The notes beneath the pieces are model-generated. The model did no database searches, was not told the DNA's origin, and saw only the letters and a list, made by a program, of their open reading frames with translations. Positions 1 through 10,265 of a DNA stretch of 64,000 bases are shown here, one piece after another. Source of the DNA: an uncultured bacterium (GTDB lineage: Bacteria; Patescibacteriota; Minisyncoccia; UBA6257; 2-01-FULL-56-20); assembly GCA_963718575.1 (NCBI GenBank), contig OY970358.1:29718-93717 (forward strand). Direction: 5' to 3'. The first letter of the stretch is position 1. The number at the start of each line of letters is the position of its first letter. The translations under genes and the position numbers were made by a program.

Positions 1-31
1 GCAGCTTGCATTCACGGTCAACGATTCGCAG

Positions 32-1018
32 GTGGTAAACGATGCGGATTCCGAACGCCTTCAGGTCGGACAGGAATTGGATAATTGGCAGGCCGAGATC
101 AGCGCCCTTTCCCCGGGTGCTTCCACCTCCACGCTTGCGCAGACACTGCAGAATGCCAATGATCATCTTTCTATTGTTGCAACAATGTTAAACACCGATG
201 CGATAGCGGTGGTTGATACGAGCGGAGGAGCGCCGTCAGCCGCCACGACGGCATATAAGAACGATGTGACAAGCGCGATCACGGAGGTGAATACCGCAGC
301 GAGCGCGATCAGTACGATCCAGCAGAACATTGCTTCGGAGCAGGCGGCGGTGGCACAGGCGCAGGCACAGCTCGCAGAGATTCAGGCCGGTTCGACCTCG
401 CAGGCGATCGCGGCGCAACAGGCAGCCGTCGCTCAGGCGCAAGCGAACGTGCAGAGCATTCAGGTGAACATCGCAAACGCGTCGCTCGTGTCCCCTATCA
501 ACGGCGTTGTCACGGTGCAAAATGCGAAAGTGGGTGAGCTTGCCTCGCCCGGGCAGGTCATCACCTCTGTGATTTCCGCAAATAATTTTGAGGTGGATGC
601 ATACGTTCCGGAGACCGATATCGGTAAAGTCGCGATCGGGAATCCGGTGAGCATGACCTTCGATGCATTTCCCGGCGAGACATTCGCCGGAAAGGTGTTC
701 TACATCGACCCCGCTCAAACGATCGAGAGCGGCGTCGTGGATTATCTTGTAAAGGTTTCATTCAATACTCCCGATTCGCGGATCAAGAGCGGGCTTACGG
801 CAAATCTCAATATCAGCACGCAGACGGATCAGAATGCACTCATCCTTCCGCAATACGCGGTAGTGCAGAATGCGAGCGGCACGTATGTGAATGTCTTGCA
901 GAACGGTGCGGAGGCGCAAGTGCCGGTAACCCTGGGCATCGTCGATCAAAATGGCAACGTGGAGATCGCATCCGGCGTCACGAAGGGAGAACAGGTCATC
1001 AATATCGGCCTGAAATAA
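32..1018 (+). CDS. efflux transporter periplasmic adaptor subunit (HlyD/MacA family); may begin upstream of window
   Basis: Translation has the membrane-fusion-protein architecture: a coiled-coil rich in A/Q repeats, then a beta-barrel C-terminus (VSPINGVV...YVPETDIGKV...FYIDP). It is followed directly by an ABC ATPase and an FtsX-type permease. Confidence 0.75.
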   Translation: MVNDADSERLQVGQELDNWQAEISALSPGASTSTLAQTLQNANDHLSIVATMLNTDAIAVVDTSGGAPSAATTAYKNDVTSAITEVNTAASAISTIQQNIASEQAAVAQAQAQLAEIQAGSTSQAIAAQQAAVAQAQANVQSIQVNIANASLVSPINGVVTVQNAKVGELASPGQVITSVISANNFEVDAYVPETDIGKVAIGNPVSMTFDAFPGETFAGKVFYIDPAQTIESGVVDYLVKVSFNTPDSRIKSGLTANLNISTQTDQNALILPQYAVVQNASGTYVNVLQNGAEAQVPVTLGIVDQNGNVEIASGVTKGEQVINIGLK

Positions 1019-1021
1019 TAG

Positions 1022-1732
1022 ATGATCGACGTCCAAGATCTCAAAAAGGATTATATCGACGAGGGAGAAACCACCTCCGCGCTTCGCGGCGTGACATTCT
1101 CCATCAACAAAGGAGACTTTGTTTCCATCATGGGGCCATCGGGCTCCGGCAAATCCACGCTCGTACAAATATTGAGCTTTCTTGATCGTTCAAGCGGCGG
1201 GAGCTACACGTTTTTCGGTAAAAAGATCGACGATCTTTCCGATGTTGAGCTTGCGCACATCCGGAACAAGAGCATTGGTTTTGTGTTCCAGTCGTTCAAT
1301 CTTTTGACGCGCCTGACGGTTTATGAAAATGTAGAGATCCCCCTGATCTATTCCGATGTCGCCCCGGCGGCGCGCCGGAAAATAATCGAAGATGCGGTAC
1401 GCAACGTCGGATTGGAAGATAAGCTTTATGTGGAGACCGCAAAACTTTCCGGCGGCCAGAAACAGCGCATTGCGATCGCGCGGGCGCTCGTGAACGACCC
1501 CGACATCATCTTTGCCGACGAGCCGACCGGGAACCTTGATTCCGTCTCGGGAGCTCAGGTGATGAGCATCCTCGACGGGCTTCATGATGCGGGCCGTACG
1601 ATCATCCTCGTCACTCACGAGACAAACACCGCTGAATTTGCGGATCGCATCATTCGCTTACGTGATGGGGTGATCGAGAGCGATGTCCCCGTCGCGAAAC
1701 CACGGCACTCCGCAAAGGAATTCCTTAAATAA
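1022..1732 (+). CDS. ABC transporter ATP-binding protein (MacB/LolD/FtsE-like)
   Basis: Walker [10 protein letters not shown] and ABC signature [15 protein letters not shown]. Starts 4 nt after the adaptor gene stop. Confidence 0.85.
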   Translation: MIDVQDLKKDYIDEGETTSALRGVTFSINKGDFVSIMGPSGSGKSTLVQILSFLDRSSGGSYTFFGKKIDDLSDVELAHIRNKSIGFVFQSFNLLTRLTVYENVEIPLIYSDVAPAARRKIIEDAVRNVGLEDKLYVETAKLSGGQKQRIAIARALVNDPDIIFADEPTGNLDSVSGAQVMSILDGLHDAGRTIILVTHETNTAEFADRIIRLRDGVIESDVPVAKPRHSAKEFLK

Positions 1733-1745
1733 TGATAAAATCTCC

Positions 1746-2993
1746 ATGCGCGCAAGTGATCTTATAAAATCATCCCAGGCAACGCTGCGGCACGGCAAGA
1801 TGCGCTCGCTTTTGACGATGCTCGGGATCGTCATCGGCATCTCGTCGGTCATCATTTTGATGTCCATCGGCGCGTCCGCGCAGGACTATATTTTAGCGCA
1901 AGTACAGGGGTTGGGATCGAACCTCATCATCATCATTCCCGGAGGGAGCAATAACGGTAAATTCTCCTCCCCTGCCGCGGCGCAAGGCATCATCGTGACG
2001 AGCCTGGTCCAGCAGGATGTCGATGCGCTTTCGCGCGATCCGTCGATCTCCGCGGTGACGGAAGAGGCGCGCGGTCAGGCGACCGCTTCGTTCAGCGACA
2101 ACAGCGAGAGCGTCACATTCGACAGCGTGCCGGCAAATTTCTTTACGGTTCGCAACTTCGTGGTGCAGACCGGCTATCCATTTACTGACAACGACGTGCA
2201 GTCGCTCAACCACGTTGCGGTCATCGGTTCCGCACTGGCCGCGACGCTCTTCGGCCCGGGATCGAATCCGGTCGGGCAATACATAGAAGTGAAAAATATC
2301 CAGTTCCGTGTGGTCGGTGTCCTTGCGCCAAAAGGCACCGGCGCGTTCGGCATCGATCAGGATAATCTTGTGCTCGTTCCGATCACCGTCGGGCAAAATC
2401 AGATGCTCGGCATCAATTACTTCAGCGATATCGAAGTGCAGGCCAACAACGCGTATACCGTAAGCTTCGTGCAATCGCGGGTGGAATCCATCCTGGAGCA
2501 GGATCATGGCATCACCGATCCGAACAAGGACGATTTTACCATTGAGACGCAGCAGGACGTGCTGTCGCTTCTCGGCAATATCACTTCCATCCTGACGCTT
2601 TTTCTTGCGTCGATCGCGTCGATTTCGTTGGTCGTCGGCGGCATCGGCATTATGAACATCATGCTCGTCTCCGTGATCGAACGCACGAAGGAGATCGGGT
2701 TGAGAAAATCCGTCGGCGCAACGAATAACGATATCCTCCAGCAATTTCTCGTGGAATCGGTCATGCTCACCTTTATCGGCGGCATCATCGGCATCGCGCT
2801 CGGAGGTTTTGTGGTTGGCACCGCTTGGCTTGTGATCACAAAAGTGTTTGCCACGGCATGGACGTTCGAATTTCCGATCTCCGCCGTGATCATTGCCGTC
2901 GTTGTTTCAAGCGTTACCGGTATTGCCTTCGGTATCTATCCCGCCAGTCAGGCGGCGCGAAAGAGCCCGATCGAGGCGCTCAGATATGAGTAG
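1746..2993 (+). CDS. ABC transporter permease (FtsX/MacB-type, large periplasmic domain)
   Basis: N-terminal TM helix, long periplasmic domain, then C-terminal 3-TM FtsX-like region (ERTKEIGLRKSVGA). Likely start is MRASDLIK at 1746, not the overlapping upstream ATG of the 6-frame ORF. Confidence 0.8.
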   Translation: MRASDLIKSSQATLRHGKMRSLLTMLGIVIGISSVIILMSIGASAQDYILAQVQGLGSNLIIIIPGGSNNGKFSSPAAAQGIIVTSLVQQDVDALSRDPSISAVTEEARGQATASFSDNSESVTFDSVPANFFTVRNFVVQTGYPFTDNDVQSLNHVAVIGSALAATLFGPGSNPVGQYIEVKNIQFRVVGVLAPKGTGAFGIDQDNLVLVPITVGQNQMLGINYFSDIEVQANNAYTVSFVQSRVESILEQDHGITDPNKDDFTIETQQDVLSLLGNITSILTLFLASIASISLVVGGIGIMNIMLVSVIERTKEIGLRKSVGATNNDILQQFLVESVMLTFIGGIIGIALGGFVVGTAWLVITKVFATAWTFEFPISAVIIAVVVSSVTGIAFGIYPASQAARKSPIEALRYE

Positions 2994-3048
2994 CTCTGGG
3001 GTTTGAAGACATCCAGATTAACGGTTTTCAAACCCCAGAGCTACTCAT
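2986..3048. terminator. 21-bp perfect inverted repeat overlapping the permease stop codon
   Basis: atgagtagctctggggtttgaag ... cttcaaaccccagagctactcat, a perfect palindrome with a ~20-nt loop. Confidence 0.5.
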
Positions 3049-3125
3049 ATCTTCGCTTGAGGTGATGAAGAAGAAAAAAAGAGGAGGCCGTTGCGGCTTC
3101 CTCTTTGTGAATACGAGGGTTGCTA

Positions 3126-3530
3126 CTATTGTTTGATGGTGACCGTAGCGGCACCCGTAGGGAAAACTGCTTCCTGGACGACGCCGGTGGTCGGCGACGT
3201 CATAAATATCGCCCACGGCATATCATATCCATCATAGAGCGTGGAATCGCGAACCCGCAATATGTCTCCGATGTGTACGGAGATGGGGTTTGGGCTATAT
3301 GACATTCCAAGTCCCTGAACGACGGTAATGGAAAAGTGTTCGTTATTGGATCCGTCGACAATGGAGACGATGGTTCGCGATCCTTGTGTGCTGATTTCGG
3401 TGACGGTGCAGTTTCTTTGTCGATCGGTGAATCTGGGTATCTGTTTTTCGGTCTTCGGCCCGCTGCCGATGCAGAGACAAAGCAGGAGTACGACCCCGGG
3501 TTTTAAAAGATCTCTTTTCGCTACAGTCAC
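3126..3530 (-). CDS. hypothetical lipoprotein/secreted protein
   Basis: N-terminal signal with lipobox-like LLLCLCIGSG. A hairpin plus T-run lies downstream on the minus strand at ~3078-3110. Confidence 0.45.
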   Translation of the reverse strand: MTVAKRDLLKPGVVLLLCLCIGSGPKTEKQIPRFTDRQRNCTVTEISTQGSRTIVSIVDGSNNEHFSITVVQGLGMSYSPNPISVHIGDILRVRDSTLYDGYDMPWAIFMTSPTTGVVQEAVFPTGAATVTIKQ

Positions 3531-3601
3531 AAATCCTCCTAAGGCGCCGTTGCGCGTACCACAGGTATCATGGCGCGAGAACCGCGGTTATGTCAATGAT
3601 C

Positions 3602-3628
3602 AAAAATCCCGGCCAAGCCGGGATTTTT
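3602..3628 (-). terminator. rho-independent terminator-like hairpin
   Basis: aaaaatcccggccaagccgggattttt. Symmetric A/T runs flank a GC stem, placed just 3' of the 3658..4074 gene. Confidence 0.5.
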
Positions 3629-3657
3629 GATCATTGATGCTGGATTAAACCGAGAGC

Positions 3658-4074
3658 CTATCCCCTCGCCTTCTTCTTTGCCGTCCTCTTTTTCGCCGCC
3701 GCTTTCTTCGGCGCGTATGACTTCGCCATCTTCTTCGCTTCGGCCTGGATATTCTTCCATTCGCTCTTCAGTTGCTTTCCGGCGGCGATGAGGTCCGCGG
3801 CGGAAAGATGTTCGAGCGAACCGCGATGCTTGAGCGCTTCCTCGACCATGCGGCCGTATTCTTTCTCGCTAAGCTTCTTTGCTGTCTTCGCATGCTTCAC
3901 CACTTCTTTGCGCGTATCCGTCACCCACTTCTTTGCTCTTGCTTTCGTCTTTTTATCCGAAAGCAGATACGCTCCGGCTGCCGCGGCGAGCGTTGCCGCC
4001 GTGATCGCGCCTCCGATCTCCCATGCGCGCGCGGTGTCGTTCGATTTCTTGGCCGTCTTCTTTTTTCTTGCCAT
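3658..4074 (-). CDS. lysine/alanine-rich basic protein (histone H1-like tail), hypothetical
   Basis: MARKKKTAKK... with C-terminal KKAAAKKRTAKKKARG. One hydrophobic segment; low complexity. Confidence 0.45.
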   Translation of the reverse strand: MARKKKTAKKSNDTARAWEIGGAITAATLAAAAGAYLLSDKKTKARAKKWVTDTRKEVVKHAKTAKKLSEKEYGRMVEEALKHRGSLEHLSAADLIAAGKQLKSEWKNIQAEAKKMAKSYAPKKAAAKKRTAKKKARG

Positions 4075-4096
4075 TCGTGTTGATTAGTTTAATTTA

Positions 4097-4441
4097 TTAC
4101 TTCGTCCCTTTTTTCGACCTTGCCGTTGTCTTCTTAAATAAATTACGGACAAACATCACAAAGCGTTCAACGCGGAATCCTTCTTTCTTTATATCACCCC
4201 TTAACCCCTGGATATCTTCACGGAACAATATCGTTTCTTCTTTCACTTGCCTTGTGATCTCTTTCACATCGCTCAATACTTTTGCCAGATAGACGAGTGC
4301 AATCGTGAGTGCGATGCCAACGATGACGACCACAATGGTCGTTATAAAAAAGAAAATATCCGCGTGGATCAGTGTGTCCATATAAGATAGTATAACATAC
4401 GTTGCAGGCCGCCCGCTTTTTTCAAAGACCCAATCGACCAA
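4097..4441 (-). CDS. hypothetical small membrane protein (single TM + coiled coil)
   Basis: TM helix IFFFITTIVVVIVGIALTIALVYLA followed by a charged helical region. An alternative start at MDTLIH is possible. Confidence 0.4.
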   Translation of the reverse strand: MVDWVFEKSGRPATYVILSYMDTLIHADIFFFITTIVVVIVGIALTIALVYLAKVLSDVKEITRQVKEETILFREDIQGLRGDIKKEGFRVERFVMFVRNLFKKTTARSKKGTK

Positions 4442-5588
4442 GCGCCTTCTGTTTGTCCGCCGTCGGTAGTCGCGTTTTCCTCACCGCGCGGCCGAGCATC
4501 ATGATCGTCTCATCGTAGGTTTTGCGGTCCACGGGATAGGGTGTGGCGTCCTTGCCGCCGTGCGCAAAGCTGTAGCGTGCGGGGTCTTCGTATGAGGGTG
4601 TGGCGCCGTAGATGACCTCACCGACGAGCGCGAGCGCACGCACGGTCTTTGCGCCGACGCCCTCCATGGCGAGCAACTTCTCGTAGCTTTCCGGTTTCTC
4701 ATCGGTCACTTTCGACAAGATCTTTTCCAGGTATTTGCTTTTTGAAAAGTCTTCAAATATGACGGGGTGATGGCTGAACTCGACCGACTCGAGGTTGAGC
4801 AGGGTGAGCTGCTGGCCCGCGCGGCCATCGCCACCGATCTGTATCTTTGCCATCTGCGAAAGCCGTGAGGAATATTTTCGCAGGAGCGTGATGTCCTTCA
4901 TGAGGGTTGCGTAGCCCGCTTGCGTAAGCTCGGTGGAGATCTCCCGGGTCTTATCGCTTTTTGCGGCGGAGAGATCGAGCACCGTTTTTAATGTGACCGG
5001 CGATGAAATGCCGGAGTGCGGATCGGACACCAGGTCGTTCACATCTTCCGAATACCAGTGGTAGCGCCGTGCCGACTGTTTTTCTGCGTTCATTCCCTGT
5101 TGTACGACCGCCCACGCCCCGCCGCGCGAGAAGAAGAACGCATGATGATAGAGCTGGAACCCGTCCTGTACGAGTGCAGAGTCCACTTTTGCGCTCATCT
5201 TGGAGTTATAGATAAGCTTGTTCGTTTGTGCGGCCGGCATGGCCAGTCGTTCACCCCACGCCCTGATCTCATCCGGCGTCTTGCGCGACGTCTTTCCTTT
5301 TCCACCCGCGATCACAATACCGAAATCCGCCTCGTGTCCCCGGATCGCTTCCTTGAGCGCCGCGGTGAGAATCGTGGTCAGGCCGGAGGCGTTCCAGTCG
5401 AATGCCAACACCGTGCCAAGCGACTGGAACCATGCCGGATCCGCGATCCGCTTGATGAACTCGTCCGGGCCGGATTCGGCCACGAGCACATACATCATCT
5501 CGCGGCCGAGCTTTACCATGCGCTCAAAAAGCCACGGCGGACATTTGCCATAGTCGAGCCCGAAAGAAGCTATACCCCGCTGGATCAT
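4422..5588 (-). CDS. DUF763-family protein
   Basis: N-terminus MIQRGIASFGLDYGKCPPWLF and overall length are typical of the DUF763 family found in archaea and some bacteria. Function unknown. Confidence 0.55.
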   Translation of the reverse strand: MIQRGIASFGLDYGKCPPWLFERMVKLGREMMYVLVAESGPDEFIKRIADPAWFQSLGTVLAFDWNASGLTTILTAALKEAIRGHEADFGIVIAGGKGKTSRKTPDEIRAWGERLAMPAAQTNKLIYNSKMSAKVDSALVQDGFQLYHHAFFFSRGGAWAVVQQGMNAEKQSARRYHWYSEDVNDLVSDPHSGISSPVTLKTVLDLSAAKSDKTREISTELTQAGYATLMKDITLLRKYSSRLSQMAKIQIGGDGRAGQQLTLLNLESVEFSHHPVIFEDFSKSKYLEKILSKVTDEKPESYEKLLAMEGVGAKTVRALALVGEVIYGATPSYEDPARYSFAHGGKDATPYPVDRKTYDETIMMLGRAVRKTRLPTADKQKALGRLGL

Positions 5589-5617
5589 AGCCTTAGTATA
5601 CCGCTTTTAGAAACCTC

Positions 5618-5845
5618 CTATTCTTTGTCCATCAACTTTAGTTCTGCATTTTCTAAGCGAATTTCCGTACGATCCATTCGCTTTTCCAATACGCTCGTTC
5701 TTTTTTCTACAAATCCAAGATGTTCCATGATAATATCAAATTTTTCCTGGATATTTTCCAGTAGCCCTCCTACATATCGCTCCCCTTCAGGACTCATGAG
5801 ACCTTTTGGGATTTTAGGGAGTTTTTGTATCATGTTTTCCATCAT
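5618..5845 (-). CDS. small hypothetical coiled-coil protein
   Basis: 75-aa ORF immediately downstream of the DUF763 gene, charged and helical. Confidence 0.35.
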   Translation of the reverse strand: MMENMIQKLPKIPKGLMSPEGERYVGGLLENIQEKFDIIMEHLGFVEKRTSVLEKRMDRTEIRLENAELKLMDKE

Positions 5846-5906
5846 AGTCTTTAAATAAGAGTAGTCAAAAACTTTTTAACAAAAATTTAATAACCCAAAA
5901 AAACGC

Positions 5907-6983
5907 CTAAAAAAGCCCGTGGATATCCCGCACTGTCAGCACTGCCATTAGCAATAAAAGCAGGGCAAATCCGATGCCGTTGATCCACGCCTCTACTTTA
6001 TACGGCATTGCCGAGCCTTTTATCTTTTCAAAAAGCACTATAAGGAAGCGTCCCCCGTCGAGCGCCGGGAATGGAATACAATTGACGATCATGAGGTTGA
6101 TGGAGATGATGCCGAGGAATTGCAGCAAGTACGCAAGGCCGATCCTGCCGGTCTCCTCCGCGATACCGAAGATGCCGACGGGGCCGACGACATCGGCGGG
6201 GATCGACGCATGGATGAAGATCTGCTTGAGCAGTTCATAGAATGCCTGGAGGGTGAGCCATGAGATGATCGCCGCGTCCTGGAGCCCGTCCCACAGTGCC
6301 GGGAAGAATCCTTCGCGCGCTGCGCCGCCATCTTCCAGTGCGACGCCAAGCGCGCCCTGATCTGCCGGCGCGTTCACGCGCGGCGTCATCGTGAAGGTCA
6401 TATCTTTGTCGTTGCGGATGACTGTGACGGTGACCGGCGTGCCTTTATTCGCATCAATGTAGTTGATAAAACTTTGCGAATCCGTGTAGCCTTTAATGAC
6501 ATCGCCCGACTGCAATCCGGCCGCCGCGGCCGGCGAACCGGCTTCGGTTCCCGAGATCACGAGCGTCTGCGGGACGCCAACCATGAATACGACGGCAATG
6601 AGCAGCCAGCCGAGGATGAAGTTCATAAAAACACCGGCGAGCACGATCGCGCTTTTTTTCCACGCGGGCTGGTTATAGAAGAGGCGTGCTTTTTCGGCAT
6701 CCGTCATTTCGGGTCGTATCGTCGTGGATCCCGGCGAACCTTCCTCCGGGCTGATCCCTTCGAATTCTCCTCGCTCTCCGCTGATCCGCACAAATCCGCC
6801 GAACGGAAGCCAATTAATGCTGTATTCCGTATCGCCGATTTTTTTTGCCACGATGCGTGGCGGAAATCCGATGCCGAACTCATCAACCTTCAATCCGAAT
6901 GCTTTTGCTACAAAAAAGTGCCCGGCTTCATGGCCGAGGATTAAGAATGATAATCCAATGATGACGATGATGATAATAAGCAT
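5907..6983 (-). CDS. rseP: RIP metalloprotease RseP (site-2 protease)
   Basis: HEAGHFFVAK (HExxH) in TM1, a PDZ-like middle segment, and a C-terminal LDGG motif. Confidence 0.85.
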   Translation of the reverse strand: MLIIIIVIIGLSFLILGHEAGHFFVAKAFGLKVDEFGIGFPPRIVAKKIGDTEYSINWLPFGGFVRISGERGEFEGISPEEGSPGSTTIRPEMTDAEKARLFYNQPAWKKSAIVLAGVFMNFILGWLLIAVVFMVGVPQTLVISGTEAGSPAAAAGLQSGDVIKGYTDSQSFINYIDANKGTPVTVTVIRNDKDMTFTMTPRVNAPADQGALGVALEDGGAAREGFFPALWDGLQDAAIISWLTLQAFYELLKQIFIHASIPADVVGPVGIFGIAEETGRIGLAYLLQFLGIISINLMIVNCIPFPALDGGRFLIVLFEKIKGSAMPYKVEAWINGIGFALLLLLMAVLTVRDIHGLF

Positions 6984-6986
6984 ATT

Positions 6987-7547
6987 TTATTCGCCTAATT
7001 CCTCCAGTTTCCCGCTCACCATCGCCTCCACTTCTCCGTTTGCTTTGTCCGTCGCCTTTTGAATTTTTTCCTTTCCCTTAAATGCGTCGTCCTCGGTGAT
7101 TTCTTTCCGGGTCTCGGAATCCTTCAGTCGCTTCACGGCATCCTCGCGCCGCGCGCGGATCTGGATGCGCGTCGCCTCGGAGATCTTTTTGACGAGCTTT
7201 GTCATCTCGTCGCGGCGCTCGTCGCCGAGCGGCGAAAGTGTCGCGCGGATCGTATTGCCGTCGTTGTTGGTGGAAAGGCCGAGATGCGCATCGTCGATCG
7301 CCTTCATCACTGCGGCGATCGCTCCCGGATCCCAGACGGTGATCGTAATCGTGCGGGGCGGAAGGACGCTGAGCGATCCGAGCTCGCGGATCGTCAATTG
7401 CTGATCATAAAGGTTGATCCGGATATTTTGAATCATGTCCGGTGACGGCCGGTTGCCGCGGATCTGGCCAAAATCCTCTTTCAATTTTGCGGTGACGCCG
7501 ACGAGTGCGGTCTCGAGGTCTTTTGTAATTTGTTCGGAAATGGTCAT
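6987..7547 (-). CDS. frr: ribosome recycling factor
   Basis: 186-aa protein with the characteristic Frr sequence throughout (ITKDLE...RGNRPSP...). Confidence 0.9.
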   Translation of the reverse strand: MTISEQITKDLETALVGVTAKLKEDFGQIRGNRPSPDMIQNIRINLYDQQLTIRELGSLSVLPPRTITITVWDPGAIAAVMKAIDDAHLGLSTNNDGNTIRATLSPLGDERRDEMTKLVKKISEATRIQIRARREDAVKRLKDSETRKEITEDDAFKGKEKIQKATDKANGEVEAMVSGKLEELGE

Positions 7548-7572
7548 GGTTTTTTTTGGGGATTTTTAACGC

Positions 7573-8463
7573 TTATTTCATAAGTGCTTCCAGCTGGAGT
7601 CGCGGGTTAAGGCTAAAATTGCTCACGCCTTCATAGAGCTTTAATGTCTTGTGCCAGAATGCCGATTTTGCCCTTGACGGGGTTTCCCACGCCAGGGTCA
7701 TTATAACAGCATCGAGGAAGATGCGTAAGCTGAAGTCGTCCGGGTCGATGAGCTTTTTGATGAAGTCCCGGCGCGCGGTTGGCGTGGTTTTAAGGAACGC
7801 CTCCGCGAGCTCCAGATTTTTTTGGAACGCCTCATCGTGCAATATGCGCCATGCGATGCCCGGCTTGCCAAGCGAGCGCTTTGCGAGCGTCGTCGCTTTT
7901 GCTTTGGTAAGGTGCTCGCTTTCGACGAGCCACCTTTCGATTTCGACGTGCGCCACCGCGCCGAAATATATTTTTGGCAAGCGTGAGACGATCGTCGGCA
8001 AAATACTTTCGATGTCCGACGTTATAAAAATAAGCAGTGAGCTCGTCGGCGGCTCCTCGGTGATCTTGAGCAATGCGTTCTGCGCTTCGATCGTGAGCAG
8101 TTCCGCGTTGTCGATGATAAGCGTGCGGCGCGCGCTCGTGTTCGGCTTCTGCCACAAGAACGTCTTTACCTCGCGCGCCGCGTCGATGCCGATCGAATCC
8201 CCGCTCGCATCGGCATCGAGCATCTTCATGAACGCGATGTCGATCACCTTGCTATCTTGTAAAATTTTTTTATGACCCTCGTTTTCCGGACCACCAAGTG
8301 GCGGTTCAAAAATGTCCTTTTCTAAATAATAACCCAGCGCCATCGCCGCCGTACGCTTCCCCACCATTGAAGGTCCCACGAAAATGTAGCCATGGCCGAG
8401 AATGCCCCGGTCATTAAGGTTTTTCAGATTCGCGATGATTGCTTCGTGTCCAATGATCGGCAT
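7573..8463 (-). CDS. holB: DNA polymerase III delta' subunit-like AAA protein
   Basis: HGYIFVGPSMVGKRTAA Walker-A-like motif, ~300 aa, no additional domains. Confidence 0.7.
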   Translation of the reverse strand: MPIIGHEAIIANLKNLNDRGILGHGYIFVGPSMVGKRTAAMALGYYLEKDIFEPPLGGPENEGHKKILQDSKVIDIAFMKMLDADASGDSIGIDAAREVKTFLWQKPNTSARRTLIIDNAELLTIEAQNALLKITEEPPTSSLLIFITSDIESILPTIVSRLPKIYFGAVAHVEIERWLVESEHLTKAKATTLAKRSLGKPGIAWRILHDEAFQKNLELAEAFLKTTPTARRDFIKKLIDPDDFSLRIFLDAVIMTLAWETPSRAKSAFWHKTLKLYEGVSNFSLNPRLQLEALMK

Positions 8464-8481
8464 CGAGCAGTGCGATACAAA

Positions 8482-9489
8482 TTATCGCTTATTCAATAAC
8501 GTCCTCTTATACGTGTCCAAATGATTCAAGATGAGGCCGGTACCTTTCGCCACGCAGAACAACGGATCTTCAGCCACGTATGCCTGCACGCCAAGGAAGC
8601 GCTCAAAGAATTCCGGAAGGTGATGGAGTTGCACTGAACCGCCGCTCAAGATAATTCCCTTTTCCATAATGTCCGCCACGAGCTCCGGCGGTGTCACATT
8701 AAAGACATTCTGCACGCTGCTCGCGATCTCGATGAGCAGCGGGTTCAGCGCCTCCGCGATCTCGTTCGAGTTGATGACGACGTCTTTCGGCAAGCCGGTC
8801 ACGAGATCGCGTCCGCGCACCTGGTATTCCATCTTATCCTTCGTCGGCATCGCCGAACCGATCTCGATCTTGACCTGTTCAGCGGTCTGTTCGCCGATCG
8901 CGAGCGCATATTTCTTTTTGATGTAGTCCATGATCGCCTGGTCGAACTTGTTCCCCGCGATGCGGAGCGAGTTCCACGAGACGATGTTGCCGAGCGCGAT
9001 CACCGCTTGCTCGCTCGTGCCGCCGCCGATGTTGATGATCATGTTGCCGCTGCGCGCGTTGATCGGGATGCCGGCACCGAGCGCCGCAAGGATCGGCTCG
9101 CGCACGATGAACGCGTTGCCCGCGCCCGCTTCGCGCGCGGCGTTCATCACGGCGCGGCGTTCGGTCTGCGTGATGCCTGCCGGAACGGAAATGACGACAT
9201 CCGGTTTTAAAATATTAAACCAACCCGATGCCTTCGAGATAAAGTATGTAAGCATCGCTTTTGTAATATAATAATCGGCGATCACACCGTCCTTCAGCGG
9301 CCGGTATGCAATAATTTCGTCCGGCGTGCGTCCTATCATTTCCTTCGCTTCCGAGCCCACTGCAAGGACGGTGTTATCGGGTTGCGTGAGCGCCACAATC
9401 GTGGGCTCGTTGATGATAAACCCCTTTCCCGGCACAAAAACCACGGTGTTAGCCGTGCCCAAATCGATGCCGATCTTCTTGCCGAACAT
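8482..9489 (-). CDS. mreB: rod shape-determining protein MreB
   Basis: IGIDLGTANTVV N-terminus with the actin fold throughout. Confidence 0.9.
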   Translation of the reverse strand: MFGKKIGIDLGTANTVVFVPGKGFIINEPTIVALTQPDNTVLAVGSEAKEMIGRTPDEIIAYRPLKDGVIADYYITKAMLTYFISKASGWFNILKPDVVISVPAGITQTERRAVMNAAREAGAGNAFIVREPILAALGAGIPINARSGNMIINIGGGTSEQAVIALGNIVSWNSLRIAGNKFDQAIMDYIKKKYALAIGEQTAEQVKIEIGSAMPTKDKMEYQVRGRDLVTGLPKDVVINSNEIAEALNPLLIEIASSVQNVFNVTPPELVADIMEKGIILSGGSVQLHHLPEFFERFLGVQAYVAEDPLFCVAKGTGLILNHLDTYKRTLLNKR

Positions 9490-9587
9490 GCTTGCTATTA
9501 TAGGCGAAAAACAACGTTAATGCAATATTTTTATAGAAAAAGAAACCGACCATTGGGGTGGTCGGTAAATGATTCAATTTTGGCTGG

Positions 9588-10103
9588 TCAAGCCGCTGCG
9601 GTATTCTGTATGAGTTGCTGGAAGCAATACTCCCAGTCCTTGATGACCTTGCCATCGGGGGTTAAACCCTTAACCCCTTCTTTGGATTTGGCATTCACAA
9701 AGCGGAAGTGAAGACGTTTATTCCAGCGTTGCAAAGAAATTTCTGCAGCGCAGACCAATCTATCGTCCCCGTGTGCATCACCGTCGGTGATGATGCATGC
9801 AGGAACGTTATTTTGGAGTGCTGCAAGTGCTACATAGAAGCCCCCGGGAAGACTGGTGCCCGATACGTGGTCGGGCAGATACAGGTCGGTGAGGACGCAG
9901 TCCCAGGTTGGACGTGCAGGAAGAGGAGTGAGTACCCCTTCCTCGTAAAATTCACCCGGAGAATATCCACCACCACTTACCCCTTGTCCTGCTCGTGAGG
10001 CATTATTAATGATCACGACTTCGTGCTCACCCTTCACTTTCTCGGCAAATTCCCGAGCGGATTGAAGGTTGTGCTCAGAATCTTCACAAATAAGAATGCG
10101 CAT
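9588..10103 (-). CDS. hypothetical protein with CheY-like receiver-type N-terminus (atypical)
   Basis: MRILICEDSE ... VLTDLYLPD resembles a receiver domain with its phospho-acceptor Asp. The remainder is unassignable. Confidence 0.35.
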   Translation of the reverse strand: MRILICEDSEHNLQSAREFAEKVKGEHEVVIINNASRAGQGVSGGGYSPGEFYEEGVLTPLPARPTWDCVLTDLYLPDHVSGTSLPGGFYVALAALQNNVPACIITDGDAHGDDRLVCAAEISLQRWNKRLHFRFVNAKSKEGVKGLTPDGKVIKDWEYCFQQLIQNTAAA

Positions 10104-10265
10104 CGGGAACTCCTTTTCACGCCTGCCTTTCGGTCAGGACTTACTGAAAATTAACCTTTTAATCAGATAGTCTGGCTATATTATAGCATATATAAGTGTA
10201 GTGTCAAGCCACGCGAATATGGCGATTTTAGAATGATTTAATGGGCTTTTTGTTATGGTGGCGGA

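Noticed and set aside
236-1168. ORFs on the minus strand (236..718, 758..1168 and others) antisense to the efflux adaptor gene
   Set aside because: They are Arg/Cys/His-rich, a typical antisense product of GC-rich coding DNA. The plus-strand gene has clear family features.
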